Source: Gemmatimonadota bacterium
Lineage (GTDB): Bacteria > Gemmatimonadota > Gemmatimonadetes > Longimicrobiales > Gaopeijiaceae
DNA length: 64,000 nucleotides
Direction: 5' to 3'
Assembly (NCBI GenBank): GCA_039589315.1
Contig: JBDHHQ010000012.1
Span: 32,001 to 96,000 of the forward strand
The stretch's first letter is position 1, and each line of letters begins with the position of its first letter. The notes below the pieces were generated by a model. It saw only the letters and a list, made by a program, of their open reading frames with translations, had not been told where the DNA came from and did not search any database. This document shows, piece after piece, positions 37,597 to 48,529 of the stretch. Position numbers and translations under genes: made by a program.

Positions 37597-39171
37597 CTAG
37601 CCCCCTGGCCAAAAGGCGTTGACCGTAACCAGGATCGTCCCGATCACCGCGCCCAGCACGTAGCCGAGCCGGATGATGGTCCGGAGCTCCCGGTCGGTCA
37701 CTCTTCGGATGATCTCCTCCATGCGCTGGGTCGGAAACTCCAGGACCTTCTGCTCGACCCGGCGGGCCACGTCGATACGCTCCACCACGTCCGGCACCTG
37801 GGTCTGGAGCCAGCCCCAGATGGGGTCGGCCAAGGCACCCTCCAGCCGCCGGGCGATGCCATCCGGGAACCAATCCGCAGGCGTGCCGATGGGGCGGTCC
37901 AGGACTGCGTCTACCAGGCGCGTGGCAGCTTCGCGGTAGACCAACCTGGCCGGCTCGCTGCGGGCGGCGGACGTGACCCAGCCGGAGAGCTTCTCGGGTG
38001 GGACCTTGTCGAACACCTCGCCCCACGTGCGCGCCCCGGCCTTGTCCAGGGCCGTCTCCAGCTTCTCTACCAGGAACTGACGCGTGGCGGGGTCACGAGC
38101 CACGTTCACCGCCCATCCTGCCAGCGTCTTCTTGGCCTCCTCGACCGCCTCGTCGTCTGGTGCGCCCAGCACCGAGATCACAGGGCGCCGCAGGAAGTCC
38201 ACCACTGCGTCGTTGACGCCTGCGGCCATCGCAGACTGGATGGTGGGGTCCCGGAGCATCTCGGAAAGGCGCTCGGCCCCCTCGGCTTCGATGGTATCGA
38301 GGACCTTGTCCACCGTATCCTCGGTCATGATGACCTTGGCCACCACCCGCTGGTGGAACTTCAGGTCTCCCAGGAACCGGTGGAGGGTCTCCCGGATGAA
38401 GGTTTCGAACCGACTCCGGACCTTCATGTCGTCCAGCAAGCCCCCCAGGCGTTCGATCGCCAGGGGCAGATAGCTCGCGACGGCCTTCTCGAAGGACCCG
38501 ACCAGGCCCAGCGGCAAGACCTCCTCGAAGGTGCGGTCGGGGACGAGAAGCCTCCGGGCAGCACGGTCCAGGTAGTCCTGCACCGCGTCGCCGAAGTCGT
38601 CACTCTGCACGGCGCCGCCCAGCCAATCCTCCACGGCCGACCTGAGCGCCACCTCACGGACTGGCGAGAGCAGCCCGGCAATGGGCTCGTCGGCCACGGC
38701 CTTCACCAGGTCGTCGGCCCGCCGCGAGGCGGTGTCCTCGAAGCGCCCGGAGTGAAGGTACTCCTGGAAGCGCTCGAGGCCGTTGCCCACGACGTCGTCC
38801 AGGATCTGGTCCAGGTCCTTCAGCACGGGCCCGGGGAGCAGTTCCCGGAGCGACCCTCGCTCCACATGGAGTAGCTGATCCAGGAACGTAGCCAGCCGGT
38901 CGTCGAACGCGTCGCGGAACTCACCGTCCGCGAAGATCCGCCGCAGGTCCTCTTCGGTGAGGAGCCGCGTGCCCACGGTCCGGCCGATCGCAGCGGCGAG
39001 CCGCGGCTGGTTTTTCGGTATGGCGCCCTGGAGGAAGCCCATCCTCCAACGCCCCAGGCGGGGTGGGACGTGAGGGTGGAAGAGCATCCAGATGGCCACC
39101 GTGTTCGTGAGCCCCCCCGCCAGAGCCCCGAAGAGCACCGTGACGAGGGCGCGAACGAGTTCTTCGGACAC
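37597..39171 (-). CDS. DUF445 family membrane protein
   Basis: GGLTNTVAIWMLFHP...QGAIPK; C-terminal RELRTIIRLGYVLGAVIG. Confidence 0.9.
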   Translation of the reverse strand: MSEELVRALVTVLFGALAGGLTNTVAIWMLFHPHVPPRLGRWRMGFLQGAIPKNQPRLAAAIGRTVGTRLLTEEDLRRIFADGEFRDAFDDRLATFLDQLLHVERGSLRELLPGPVLKDLDQILDDVVGNGLERFQEYLHSGRFEDTASRRADDLVKAVADEPIAGLLSPVREVALRSAVEDWLGGAVQSDDFGDAVQDYLDRAARRLLVPDRTFEEVLPLGLVGSFEKAVASYLPLAIERLGGLLDDMKVRSRFETFIRETLHRFLGDLKFHQRVVAKVIMTEDTVDKVLDTIEAEGAERLSEMLRDPTIQSAMAAGVNDAVVDFLRRPVISVLGAPDDEAVEEAKKTLAGWAVNVARDPATRQFLVEKLETALDKAGARTWGEVFDKVPPEKLSGWVTSAARSEPARLVYREAATRLVDAVLDRPIGTPADWFPDGIARRLEGALADPIWGWLQTQVPDVVERIDVARRVEQKVLEFPTQRMEEIIRRVTDRELRTIIRLGYVLGAVIGTILVTVNAFWPGG

Positions 39172-39213
39172 GAGATTCAGCTCGACCGGCTCGAGACCAT
39201 GGGCGTCGTCAGG

Positions 39214-40200
39214 CTAGGGTTGGACATGGCGGAGAACGCCTTCCACGGGGAAGGGCGCCCCCTCCACCACCAATGTGCCGCTGACTTCGAACAGCGCGTA
39301 CACCGGAAGGCGCGCTCCGCTTCCAGGGCCTGCCTCCACCTCGGTGGTCTCGGCGCTCAGGGTGCCCTCGAGTGAACCGTCGGCAGATCGGATTCGCCAA
39401 GCCACGGGGACCTCTCGCCGCGATCGCTCGAACGCCCGGGTCTCCTCCCACGCCATCACTGCGTCGTTCCACCGGAGCTGCCGGAAGTCGACTCTGGCCC
39501 AGACCGAGGCCGTGCTGTCCGGCTGCTCGCTCGCGCGGGAGGCATCGACCACCATCTCCAGGGAGTCACCCGAGACGAGGAACGCCCAGTCGCCGCTGAA
39601 GCCTCCCGGAGGCCGGGTCCGGCTCATGTCCAGGAGCAAGCCGCCGACGCGCTGACTGGACAGGACCACGTCCGCCTCGTGAACCCGGTAGATGGAGCCC
39701 TCTGGACTGTTCCACTCGGACAGCAGGCTGCCGAAACGGATCTCGAGCTGCCGTGCACCGCGCTGGAAGACGATCTCCTCGAGAGCGTCGCCAATGCCCA
39801 CCACCAGCCGCAGGCCGCTGCGGGGCAGTGGCCGCCACGGGCTGCGGGTCGGAGGACCGCGCCAGGTCTCCTGGTAGAAGGCTTCCCAGGTGCCGTTCCG
39901 GGCGAGCCAGCCCCGCGCCTCCCGAGCGACGCCGTCGGGGCCGTCCCGGGCGGTGAAGAACCACGGTACCACCAACGTGCTGTCGGTTTCCCTCGTGAGG
40001 AAGACGATGCGCCGCTCGAATACGCGGGTGACGGCCGAGGCGGCTGGCACGCCATCCTCGACGGGAACGGCCTGTGGGTCGGAGTCCACGGTAGGCTCCT
40101 CGCCGCAGGCCAGGCAGGAAGCGACCAGCGCGGCGGCTGAAAGCCGGCGGAGACACGCGGATGTCCTGCCACGTGTGGCACCAGGGGCCCGGGCGCGCAT
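39214..40200 (-). CDS. Hypothetical lipoprotein (beta-rich)
   Basis: Lipobox CLAC; Trp-rich beta strands; start uncertain. Confidence 0.65.
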   Translation of the reverse strand: MRARAPGATRGRTSACLRRLSAAALVASCLACGEEPTVDSDPQAVPVEDGVPAASAVTRVFERRIVFLTRETDSTLVVPWFFTARDGPDGVAREARGWLARNGTWEAFYQETWRGPPTRSPWRPLPRSGLRLVVGIGDALEEIVFQRGARQLEIRFGSLLSEWNSPEGSIYRVHEADVVLSSQRVGGLLLDMSRTRPPGGFSGDWAFLVSGDSLEMVVDASRASEQPDSTASVWARVDFRQLRWNDAVMAWEETRAFERSRREVPVAWRIRSADGSLEGTLSAETTEVEAGPGSGARLPVYALFEVSGTLVVEGAPFPVEGVLRHVQP

Positions 40201-40244
40201 GGACGCACTCCGTTCACCAGGGGAGAGGCGACGGCGCACTGACG

Positions 40245-40640
40245 TCACGACAGGATCTGCCCCGGCGACGCTTCGAGGCGACGGTCCAGAAGCTGTAGGA
40301 AGCGACCGACACGGCGGGCGTTGACGCCCAGGTCCCAGCGGCCCTTTGGGGAGACGGCGGTGATGTCGACCCGCGTCTGAGCATCCAGATCGAGGGCTAC
40401 ACGAATGGTCACCTCGTCCACGACCCTCACCAGGAGCCGGCGCACCTCGACCTGGATCAGGCCGTCCTGGTCGTCAGCTCGGATCACGGTCCACCCACGC
40501 CCTTCAGTGGCCAGCGCCAACGCGGTCGACCACACCCGCTCGAAGGGGATCGCGTAGGTGCGTCCCCGCAGGCGAAGGTCCTCCGCGTCGCGGCTGGTGT
40601 CGACCCGGTTGGTCGAGAGTGCCTGACGGATCCGGTCCAC
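40245..40640 (-). CDS. DUF1499-like protein
   Basis: DEVTIRV...TRVDITAVS..GRWDLGVNARRV. Confidence 0.75.
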   Translation of the reverse strand: MDRIRQALSTNRVDTSRDAEDLRLRGRTYAIPFERVWSTALALATEGRGWTVIRADDQDGLIQVEVRRLLVRVVDEVTIRVALDLDAQTRVDITAVSPKGRWDLGVNARRVGRFLQLLDRRLEASPGQILS

Positions 40641-40646
40641 CAGCGG

Positions 40647-41459
40647 TCAGCCTTGCCCGCCCAGACGGTATTTGATCGTCACGTTGGCCGTGACGACTTG
40701 CTGGCCCGGCTCGACCGGGGTGCTGACGGCGGCCTCCATCATGGCGGCCCGGTACTGGGGCACGGGACCGGGGAGATTCGCTCCGCCTCGTACCTCCATG
40801 GGTGGGCCCAGCGGCACACCCAACGCCTGGGCCATGGCCTGCGCCTCGGCTCGGGCCCGTGCCACGGCCATCTGGAGCGCCTCCTGCCGGGCGGCGTCGG
40901 TGTCGGAGGCCTCGAAGGCCAAGGATGCCACCCGATTCGCGCCAGCGCCGATGGCGGCGTCGATGACCCCACCCACCGCGTCCGGGTCGGAGATGGTGGC
41001 GGACACGTGATTCAGCGCCCGGTATCCGACGATGGAGGGGGCGCCCCTGGGCTCTCCGGTCGGTCGGGCGTACTCCGGTTGGAGCGTATAGCCATGGGTC
41101 TCGACGGCCAGGCCGGCGGCACCGGTTCCCCGAATGGCCTGCAGCACCTCGGTCATGCGATCAGCGTTGGCCGTGGATGCCTGCCCAGCCGTCTGTCCCT
41201 CCGTCTCCACGGCGAAAACCACCCTTGCCCGGTCGGCGGGAACCGAGACCTGGGCGGTCCCGCTCACCTCCAGAAAGCCCTGCTCCTCTGCCGCCTGGCG
41301 GGCAGCCGCCAGGAATGCGGCGTGCTCTGGGGATACCTCGTAGACGTGGGGCTGTAGATCCATGGGTGGGCGAGCCGAATCGGGAGGAACCTGGGCCGCC
41401 GCCGGCGTGAGCGTGACGAGCCACGCGAGGGCGGCGAGAGACCGGATGGCCGTGTGCAT
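40647..41459 (-). CDS. SIMPL/DUF541 (YggE/BP26-like) periplasmic protein
   Basis: Signal peptide; VSGTAQVSVPADRA, GYRALNHV, IDAAIGAGANRV, PVEPGQQVVTANV. Confidence 0.92.
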   Translation of the reverse strand: MHTAIRSLAALAWLVTLTPAAAQVPPDSARPPMDLQPHVYEVSPEHAAFLAAARQAAEEQGFLEVSGTAQVSVPADRARVVFAVETEGQTAGQASTANADRMTEVLQAIRGTGAAGLAVETHGYTLQPEYARPTGEPRGAPSIVGYRALNHVSATISDPDAVGGVIDAAIGAGANRVASLAFEASDTDAARQEALQMAVARARAEAQAMAQALGVPLGPPMEVRGGANLPGPVPQYRAAMMEAAVSTPVEPGQQVVTANVTIKYRLGGQG

Positions 41460-41691
41460 GGCCGCTATCTCCTGTCGATCTTGGACCTGAGGCTGGCGCC
41501 GATCTTCGGCGCTACCAGGGGAACGGCTCACGGCGGAACCGTCCATGAAGACTCTATACACCGGAGGCCTTGCGGGGAAGCACGATCCCCGAACGGGGAC
41601 CGGGAACGGCGTTTGACCCCTCCACGACCCCCGTCTATAGTTGCCGCCCTCGGCGCTCTCGCGGATCCCACACCAGGAACACGGACGACTC

Positions 41692-42705
41692 ATGAAGGCA
41701 GTGATCCCCCTCGCCGGCAAGGGCACTCGGTTGCGGCCCCACACGCACCACATCCCGAAGCCGCTACTGCGGGTCGCCGGCAAGCCCGTCATGAGCTACA
41801 TCCTGGACGATCTCCTGGAGATGGGCACTCGTGAAGTCGTGTTCATCGTGGGGTATCTGCAGGACACGATCCGCGACTACATCCGCACCGAGTATCCCTC
41901 CATCACTCCCCACTACGTGGTGCAGGAAGTCCAGGACGGGACGGCGGGCGCGGTGAAGCTGGCCGAGCCCTTCGCGGACGAGGAGCTGCTGATTCTCTTC
42001 GTCGACACGCTCTTCGATGCCGACCTGTCGCTGGCGCAACGTCTTCCCGAAGACCGGGCCGGGGTGATCTGGGCCAAGGAAGTAGAGGACTATCAGCGGT
42101 TCGGCGTCATCGTGACCGATGCCGATGGCATGATGACGCGCATCGTGGAGAAGCCCACCGAGCCGATCTCCAAGCTCGCGAACATCGGCCTCTACTTCAT
42201 CCGCGACTTCGCCCTGCTCTTCGAGGGCATCAACCACACCCTGACCGGGCCGCTGGGGCCGTCCGGTGAGTTCTACCTGACGGACGCCTTCCAGTACATG
42301 GTGGACCACGGTGCACGCATCGAGACGGCGCCGGTACAAGGGTGGTACGACTGCGGCAAGCTGGACGCTCTGTTGGACACCAACCGACATCTGCTCGAGA
42401 CATCGCGGGGGGGCGTGCACGACAGTGCCACGCTGCAGGGTGGCACCGTCGAGGGGCCCGTACGCATCGAGACCGGCGTCACCGTGAACCACAGCACCAT
42501 CGGCCCGAACGTGACGCTGGAGGCCGGCGCGTGGGTCACCGGGTCGACGCTCCGGAACTGCATCGTCGGGGCGGGTGCCGTGGTGGAGGATTGCGACCTG
42601 CAGGACTCGCTGGTGGGCGCACGGGCCGAGGTTCGGGGCTTCCGCGGACAGGTGAGCCTCACCGACCACTCGCAAGTGCAGGCAGCCGCGGTGGTCGACG
42701 GCTAG
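41692..42705 (+). CDS. Sugar-phosphate nucleotidyltransferase with C-terminal LbH repeats
   Basis: PLAGKGTRLRPHT..PKPLL, VEKP, GEFYLTDAF, WYDCG. Confidence 0.93.
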   Translation: MKAVIPLAGKGTRLRPHTHHIPKPLLRVAGKPVMSYILDDLLEMGTREVVFIVGYLQDTIRDYIRTEYPSITPHYVVQEVQDGTAGAVKLAEPFADEELLILFVDTLFDADLSLAQRLPEDRAGVIWAKEVEDYQRFGVIVTDADGMMTRIVEKPTEPISKLANIGLYFIRDFALLFEGINHTLTGPLGPSGEFYLTDAFQYMVDHGARIETAPVQGWYDCGKLDALLDTNRHLLETSRGGVHDSATLQGGTVEGPVRIETGVTVNHSTIGPNVTLEAGAWVTGSTLRNCIVGAGAVVEDCDLQDSLVGARAEVRGFRGQVSLTDHSQVQAAAVVDG

Positions 42706-42866
42706 TGTGGCTGCAGAAGTCTGGTAGCTACCGAGAGGGCCGATGCGCCCGAACCGGCAAGGCGCGGAGACGAGTAATAGCAGAGCTATTGGGAGGAACC
42801 GCAACGCCGCCGGGCGGGATGCAGTGGCTCTCGAATAGCATCACGACTCTTGCAGCACCACACTAA
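42702..42866 (-). mobile_element. MITE-like element, copy 2 (inverted relative to copy 1)
   Basis: Reverse complement of 7941-8107 with a few substitutions and a 2-bp deletion in one TIR. Confidence 0.85.
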
Positions 42867-42941
42867 GGGCCCGGAGCGGCTGTTCGCCGATCCCAGGGCA
42901 CCGAGGGGACGGCGCTCGACTGCTGTCCATAGCCGGAGCGC

Positions 42942-44159
42942 TCAGCCCCCCTGTACCCCCACCACCAACAGGGCCGTCAGTAGGGCGCGGACCACGCCGT
43001 CCGGGCCGCCGTCGTTCCGGTACCACTCGTCCAGCGTGTGGGCTCCTCCGGCTTCCCCTCCGGCCCCCAGGGTGACCGCGGGCACTCCGACCGACATGGG
43101 TACGTTGGCATCGGTGGACGACGCGATGAGCTCGGGGTCGACCCCGAGTGTCCGCGTGGCTGCCACCGCGGCCTGGACGAGCTCGGTGTCGGGGGCGGTC
43201 CGACCCGGCGGCCGGTCCCCGATCGTCGTGATCTCCAGAGCCAGAAGGGCACGCCCGGCCGGAGCGGCGCCATTGGTGCGATCGACGGCACCCTGGAGGG
43301 CACGGCGAGCCTGGGTCTCCACGTCTTCCAGCAGCTCCGGCGACTCGCTCCTCATGTCCATCTCGACCCAAGCTTCGGCCGGGATCGCATTGATGCTCGT
43401 TCCCCCGCCCCAGCGGGCCACCGTGGCCGTTACGGGCGGATCGGCAGCCAGGGGCAGCCTGGCGATGGCACCGACCGCTCCGCCCAGCGCGTGTATCGGG
43501 TTGGGCGTGCCCCAGTCTGTCCAGGAATGCCCCCCGGCGCCCCGCACCGTGGCCCGGAGGCGCCGTGAACCCAGTCCCCGTGTGACGATGCGGGAGAGCC
43601 CGGCGCCGTCCAGCGAGATGAAGCCCCGCGCGGGGGCGCCCGGCCCAGCTTCGCGGAAGAGGTGCCGCACGCCTCGCAGGTTGCCGGCGCCCTCCTCGCA
43701 CACCGTGGCCGCGAACAGGAGGGGCGAGGCCGGCTGGATCCCGGCCCGGTGAAGCGAGCGAGCCATGGCCACCAACGCCGCGAGCCCCCGGGCGTCGTCC
43801 GAGATGCCCGGACCCTCCAGACGGCCGTCCCGCCGCGATACGCTCACGTCGATCTCGGCCGGGAACACCGTGTCCAGATGGGCGGAGAGGACGAGAGGCC
43901 GCCCGTCGGCAGGGCCCATTCGCGCCGTGACGTTGCCCACGGTGTCCGTCTCGAGGGCTTCGCAGCCGGCGGCGGACAGCAGCGCGGCAATGCGCTCGCC
44001 CCGGGCGCCCTCCTGAAAGGACGGGGCGGGGATCTCGGCCAACGCGACCTGATCCGCCAGCGTCTCCGAATCACTCTCCGCCACGATCGCACAGGCTCGA
44101 CCTACCACCGGATCGGCGTGCAGGGCATGGGCGCGGCGGAGCCAGATGTCCGTCGTCAT
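42942..44159 (-). CDS. M20/M25/M40 family metallo-hydrolase
   Basis: SAHLDTV, GISDDARG, CEEG, GGHSW, STDAN, AHTLDEW. Confidence 0.92.
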   Translation of the reverse strand: MTTDIWLRRAHALHADPVVGRACAIVAESDSETLADQVALAEIPAPSFQEGARGERIAALLSAAGCEALETDTVGNVTARMGPADGRPLVLSAHLDTVFPAEIDVSVSRRDGRLEGPGISDDARGLAALVAMARSLHRAGIQPASPLLFAATVCEEGAGNLRGVRHLFREAGPGAPARGFISLDGAGLSRIVTRGLGSRRLRATVRGAGGHSWTDWGTPNPIHALGGAVGAIARLPLAADPPVTATVARWGGGTSINAIPAEAWVEMDMRSESPELLEDVETQARRALQGAVDRTNGAAPAGRALLALEITTIGDRPPGRTAPDTELVQAAVAATRTLGVDPELIASSTDANVPMSVGVPAVTLGAGGEAGGAHTLDEWYRNDGGPDGVVRALLTALLVVGVQGG

Positions 44160-44421
44160 GCCGCCGAAGCTCGTACTGGAGTCAAAGAGAAGTCAAATCC
44201 GCTCATCTGGTCGGTCTTCGCACCGCCCTCCTGATCGGGATGCTCATCGCGACACCCGCCGGCAAAGCCGCGAACGCGGGGCGCCGGCTCCCGGGTCCGC
44301 CACGTGCGCCGAGCGGACCCGGTGCCACCGACGGTGGGTATGGGGTGCGTGCGAGAGGTGCCCGGGTCCGGCTGTGTCGCCACCCGGCGCACCCGGAACG
44401 TCGATCACACGGCGGTTGCCC

Positions 44422-45654
44422 ATGGACGAGAGCGAGCTGGTATACGACTGGAACGAGGCCCCTGGCTCCTTCGATTGGAGCGGGGTGTCCCGGGTCGAGC
44501 TGGACGACGAGACCCTGAGAGACGGGCTGCAGAATCCGTCGGTGGTCGATCCGTCCATCGACGACAAGATCCGGTTGCTTCACCTCATGGATCAGCTCGG
44601 CATCCACACGGCGGACATCGGGTTGCCCGGGGCCGGCCCCCGTGCGGTTGCGGACGTGTCCCGGCTGGCTCGCGAGATCGTCGAGGCCGGATTGGCCATT
44701 TCGGCGAACTGCGCCGCACGTACCGTCACGCAGGACATCCGTCCGATAGTCGAGATCTCTCAGAGCGTCGGTCTGCCGATCGAGGCATGCACGTTCATCG
44801 GCAGCTCGCCGATCCGGCAGTACGCCGAGGATTGGACTCTGGATCGGATCCTCCGGTCCACGGAGGAGGCGGTCAGCTTCGGGGTGGCGGAGGGTCTGCC
44901 GGTCATGATGGTCACGGAGGACACCACCCGAGCACGGCCGGAGACGCTGAAGGCGATCTACGCAGCGGCGATCGCGAGTGGGGCGAGCCGGATCTGCCTG
45001 GCCGATACCGTAGGGCACGCCACGCCTGAAGGCGCCCGGGCGTTGGTTCGTTTCGTGATCGAGGAGATCGTCGAACCATCGGGAGAGAACGTGGGCGTCG
45101 ACTGGCACGGGCACCGGGACCGCGGCCTCGGGCTGGCGAACGCACTGGCGGCCATCGAGGCCGGGGCCACCCGCGTCCACGGCACGGCCCTGGGGATCGG
45201 CGAGCGTGTGGGTAACACGGAGATGGACCTGCTCCTGGTGAATCTGAAGCTCCTGGGCGCCCACGACGGAGACCTGACGGCACTTCCCGAGTATTGCCGG
45301 CTCACGGCCGCGGCGTGTCAGGTGCCACTGATCCACTGCTACCCGGTGGTGGGGCAGGACGCCTTTCGCACGGCCACCGGTGTGCACGCCGCAGCCATCA
45401 TCAAGGCCGAGGCAAAGGGGGACGCCTGGCTGGCGGACCGCGTCTATTCGGGGGTGCCAGCTTCGTTGGTCGGACGGGCGCAGGAAATCGAGATCAGCCC
45501 CATGTCGGGGTTGTCCAACGTGAAGTACTGGCTTCGGGTCCACGGGCACGACGCCCAGGACGAGGAGCTCTGCCGCCGGGTGTTCGAGGCGGCCAAGTCC
45601 TCCGATCACACGTTGTCGGAAGAGGAAATCGAGGCGTTGGTACGACAGCACTGA
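44422..45654 (+). CDS. LeuA-family DRE-TIM enzyme (2-isopropylmalate synthase-like, short form)
   Basis: DETLRDGLQ, EDTTRA, LADTVG, HGHRDRG, GIGERVGN. Confidence 0.88.
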   Translation: MDESELVYDWNEAPGSFDWSGVSRVELDDETLRDGLQNPSVVDPSIDDKIRLLHLMDQLGIHTADIGLPGAGPRAVADVSRLAREIVEAGLAISANCAARTVTQDIRPIVEISQSVGLPIEACTFIGSSPIRQYAEDWTLDRILRSTEEAVSFGVAEGLPVMMVTEDTTRARPETLKAIYAAAIASGASRICLADTVGHATPEGARALVRFVIEEIVEPSGENVGVDWHGHRDRGLGLANALAAIEAGATRVHGTALGIGERVGNTEMDLLLVNLKLLGAHDGDLTALPEYCRLTAAACQVPLIHCYPVVGQDAFRTATGVHAAAIIKAEAKGDAWLADRVYSGVPASLVGRAQEIEISPMSGLSNVKYWLRVHGHDAQDEELCRRVFEAAKSSDHTLSEEEIEALVRQH

Positions 45655-45742
45655 GACTGCGGACGAGCTCGGTCCCGGTCGCGCTGGCGCCGTCATCCAA
45701 ACCAGGACCGAGCCCGTGAACGGCGCACTCGCCAGGGGCATC

Positions 45743-46480
45743 ATGGAAGCCGCTCCAACAACTCAGCCATCGCCCCGGATCCTCGTCGTGGAAGACGAGC
45801 CCGACATCGCGGCCTTGATCGCGTATCACCTCACACGCGAGGGCTTTCGGGTCGAGACTGCCCCCACGGGCACCGACGCGATTGCAGCCGTGGGTCGCGT
45901 CGTGCCCGACCTCCTGATCCTCGACCTGATGCTCCCCGGCATGTCGGGCGACGAGGTGTTGAAAGAGCTCCGCAACGAACCGCCGACCGAGTCCCTGCCA
46001 GTCTTGATCCTCACCGCCAAGAAGCAGCAGGAGGACCGGATTCGCGGTCTCGAGATGGGGGCCGACGACTATCTCACCAAGCCCTTCAGCCCTCGGGAGC
46101 TGGTGCTGCGCGTGCAGGCCATTCTCCGCCGCATGCGCGAGGCGCCTACCTCGACCGGAGGACGCGTCCTGAGGCTCGGTGGCCTGACCCTGGATGCGGC
46201 GTCCCATCGGGTCAGCCTCGACGGCGAGGAGCTGAGCCTGACGCCCACCGAGTATCGGCTGCTGCAGGCGCTGCTGGAGCGGCCGGGCCGCACACAGAGC
46301 CGTCGCCAACTGCTGGAGCGGGTATGGGATGTGGAGTCCAGGCTCTCGGATCGCATCCAGACGCGGACGGTCGACATGCACGTCCGGCGTCTCCGCTCTA
46401 AACTTGCCCACGTCGGAGATTGGGTAGAGACGGTGCGGGGCTTTGGGTACCGGCTCCGCGGACCCGAGGGTCAGGATTGA
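45743..46480 (+). CDS. OmpR/PhoB-family response regulator
   Basis: LVVEDE, ILDLMLPG, GADDYLTKPFSPRELV, TRTVDMHVRRLRSKL, TVRGFGY. Confidence 0.95.
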   Translation: MEAAPTTQPSPRILVVEDEPDIAALIAYHLTREGFRVETAPTGTDAIAAVGRVVPDLLILDLMLPGMSGDEVLKELRNEPPTESLPVLILTAKKQQEDRIRGLEMGADDYLTKPFSPRELVLRVQAILRRMREAPTSTGGRVLRLGGLTLDAASHRVSLDGEELSLTPTEYRLLQALLERPGRTQSRRQLLERVWDVESRLSDRIQTRTVDMHVRRLRSKLAHVGDWVETVRGFGYRLRGPEGQD

Positions 46481-46606
46481 CGGGCAGGGTCAGCCTTGAC
46501 GGATCGGCCTCCAGGCCCGTGTCGTATCGAGCTGGGGTGAGAGCCCGCTCGGGAATCTGACGGTCTCACGCCGACGCTGACGGCCACCCAACAGGACGGC
46601 GCCACG

Positions 46607-48194
46607 GTGCGGCTTCGCATCCATCATCCACTCTTCGCCGGCTTCCTCGGCGTGATCGGACTGCTCGTCGTTCTGATCGTAGGTCTGGTCGGGACGGGGC
46701 TCCGCCGAGAGCTCGTGTCGGTCTATCGGGGGGAGCTCGCCCGCCAGCTCAGTCTGGCGGAGGCGGTGTTGGACCAGACGCTCGTGCAGGATCCCGACTC
46801 CGTTGCCGGGGTCCTGAACGCAGGCCTCGGCTATCGGGTCACCCTCATTACCCTGGACGGTCTGGTGCTGGGGGATTCCGACGTCGCGAGGGAGGATCTG
46901 GGGTCCCTGGAGAACCACGGGACCCGGCCCGAGGTACTGGGCGCGATGTCCGGCCAGGTCACGTTCGCCGAGCGGCGCAGCGTCACCGTGGGCCTCCGGC
47001 TCCTCTATGGCGCACGGCCCATACAGCTGAACGGCACGCCGGTCGTCCTCCGCATCGCCGCCTCTCTCGACGACATCGACGCCACGGTGCGAAGGGGTCA
47101 GCGGGCCGTCGCCGTGGCAGGACTCCTGTCGATCCTGCTTGCTCTCGTGGTGTCATACGGGGTCAGCCGCGGATTGGCTGCACCGCTGGTGGCCCCTTCT
47201 CGGCGAGCTCGCACGCTCCGCCGTGGACCTGCTGGAGCTTCCGGAAGACCCGGCCGCCGCGCCCGTCGACAGCCTGGTGGAGGATCCGGAGCTGTGCCGA
47301 CTGCTCGCGGCTTCGGTAGACCAGCCCATGGGCACCCACGAGATCACCATTGGCGGCCGTCATCTGATCGTCTCTGCCGGTCCGTTGGATCAAGGAGGGG
47401 CAGTGGCCACCCTGCTGGACGTGACCGAGATCCGTCGGTTGGAGCAGGTGCGACGGGACTTCGTGGCCAACGCGTCGCACGAGCTCAAGACGCCTCTCAC
47501 CTCCATGCGGGGATGGGCGGAAACACTGGAGGAAGACGACGTGCCTCCGGAGTTGAGACAGCGTTTTCTCGGATCCATCAGGAAGAATGCCCTCAGAATG
47601 CAGCGCCTGATCGACGACCTGCTGGATCTGTCCCGTCTGGAGTCGGGTGCCTGGACGACGCAGCGTGAGTACGTGGATGTGCCGGAGCTCGTGGAGGAGG
47701 TCTGGTCCGAGTTCGCGGACCGGGCCCAGAAGAAAGGCGTGTGCTTCTCCTGTGAGGGCTCGGGAGCAGCCATGGCTGACAGTCAGGGGGTCGCCCTGGT
47801 GCTGAGAAACCTCTTCGACAACTCCCTCCGTCACGTCGGCGAGGGAGGGAGCATTGGGGTGGAAGTGTTCCCCAGGCGTTCAGAAACCGTGGTTTCCGTG
47901 TCGGACACCGGCAGCGGGATCCCGGCATCCGTCCTCGGCCGCATCTTCGAGCGCTTCTACCGAGTCGACCCGGCGCGCTCGAGAGAGGAAGGCGGCACGG
48001 GCCTGGGCCTGGCGATCGTGCGACATCTCGTTTCCGCGATGGGTGGAAGGGTGTGGGCGGAGAGCGAGGTCGGTGTGGGTACCACGATGCGCTTCACGCT
48101 TCCTGACTCGGTGACGAGCGATCTTCGTGATGTGGAGGCGCCGAGTGGGGCCGAGCCCTCCTCGGCGGCTGCCCCCCGGGTGGGTCCTAGGTAA
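46607..48194 (+). pseudogene. PhoR-like sensor histidine kinase, frameshifted with apparent internal deletion
   Basis: TM-sensor(LENHGTRPEV)-TM in one frame; PAS remnant, DFVANASHELKTPL and GGTGLGLAIV in another; switch at ~47190-47215. Confidence 0.85.
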
Positions 48195-48529
48195 CGGACA
48201 GGCGGAAGTCTCGGGACCGCTGCGCAGCCAGCCCGGGGGTTCTTCCTTCCCCGAGTTGTGGATCTGAGGTGAATCACGGATCTTCACGGTATCGTCCGGA
48301 CCAGGTCCGGCGTGCTTCCTCGCGGTCGAGCGAGCCCTTCCGGGTGGCGGGCCCGGTGAAGGCCCCCGTCCTTGTCGCGTGCGGTGACCAAAGGGTGAGG
48401 GGAGGCAAGGGCGGGGGTCCGGCTCGAGAAGGCCGTGACCCGCGCTTGGGCGTGAAGCCGGAAGTCGTTGCCAATCCATCGATTGACGGCGTAGCTTTTT
48501 GAGGACAGCCCATCGCTTCGTCCTCCGAC

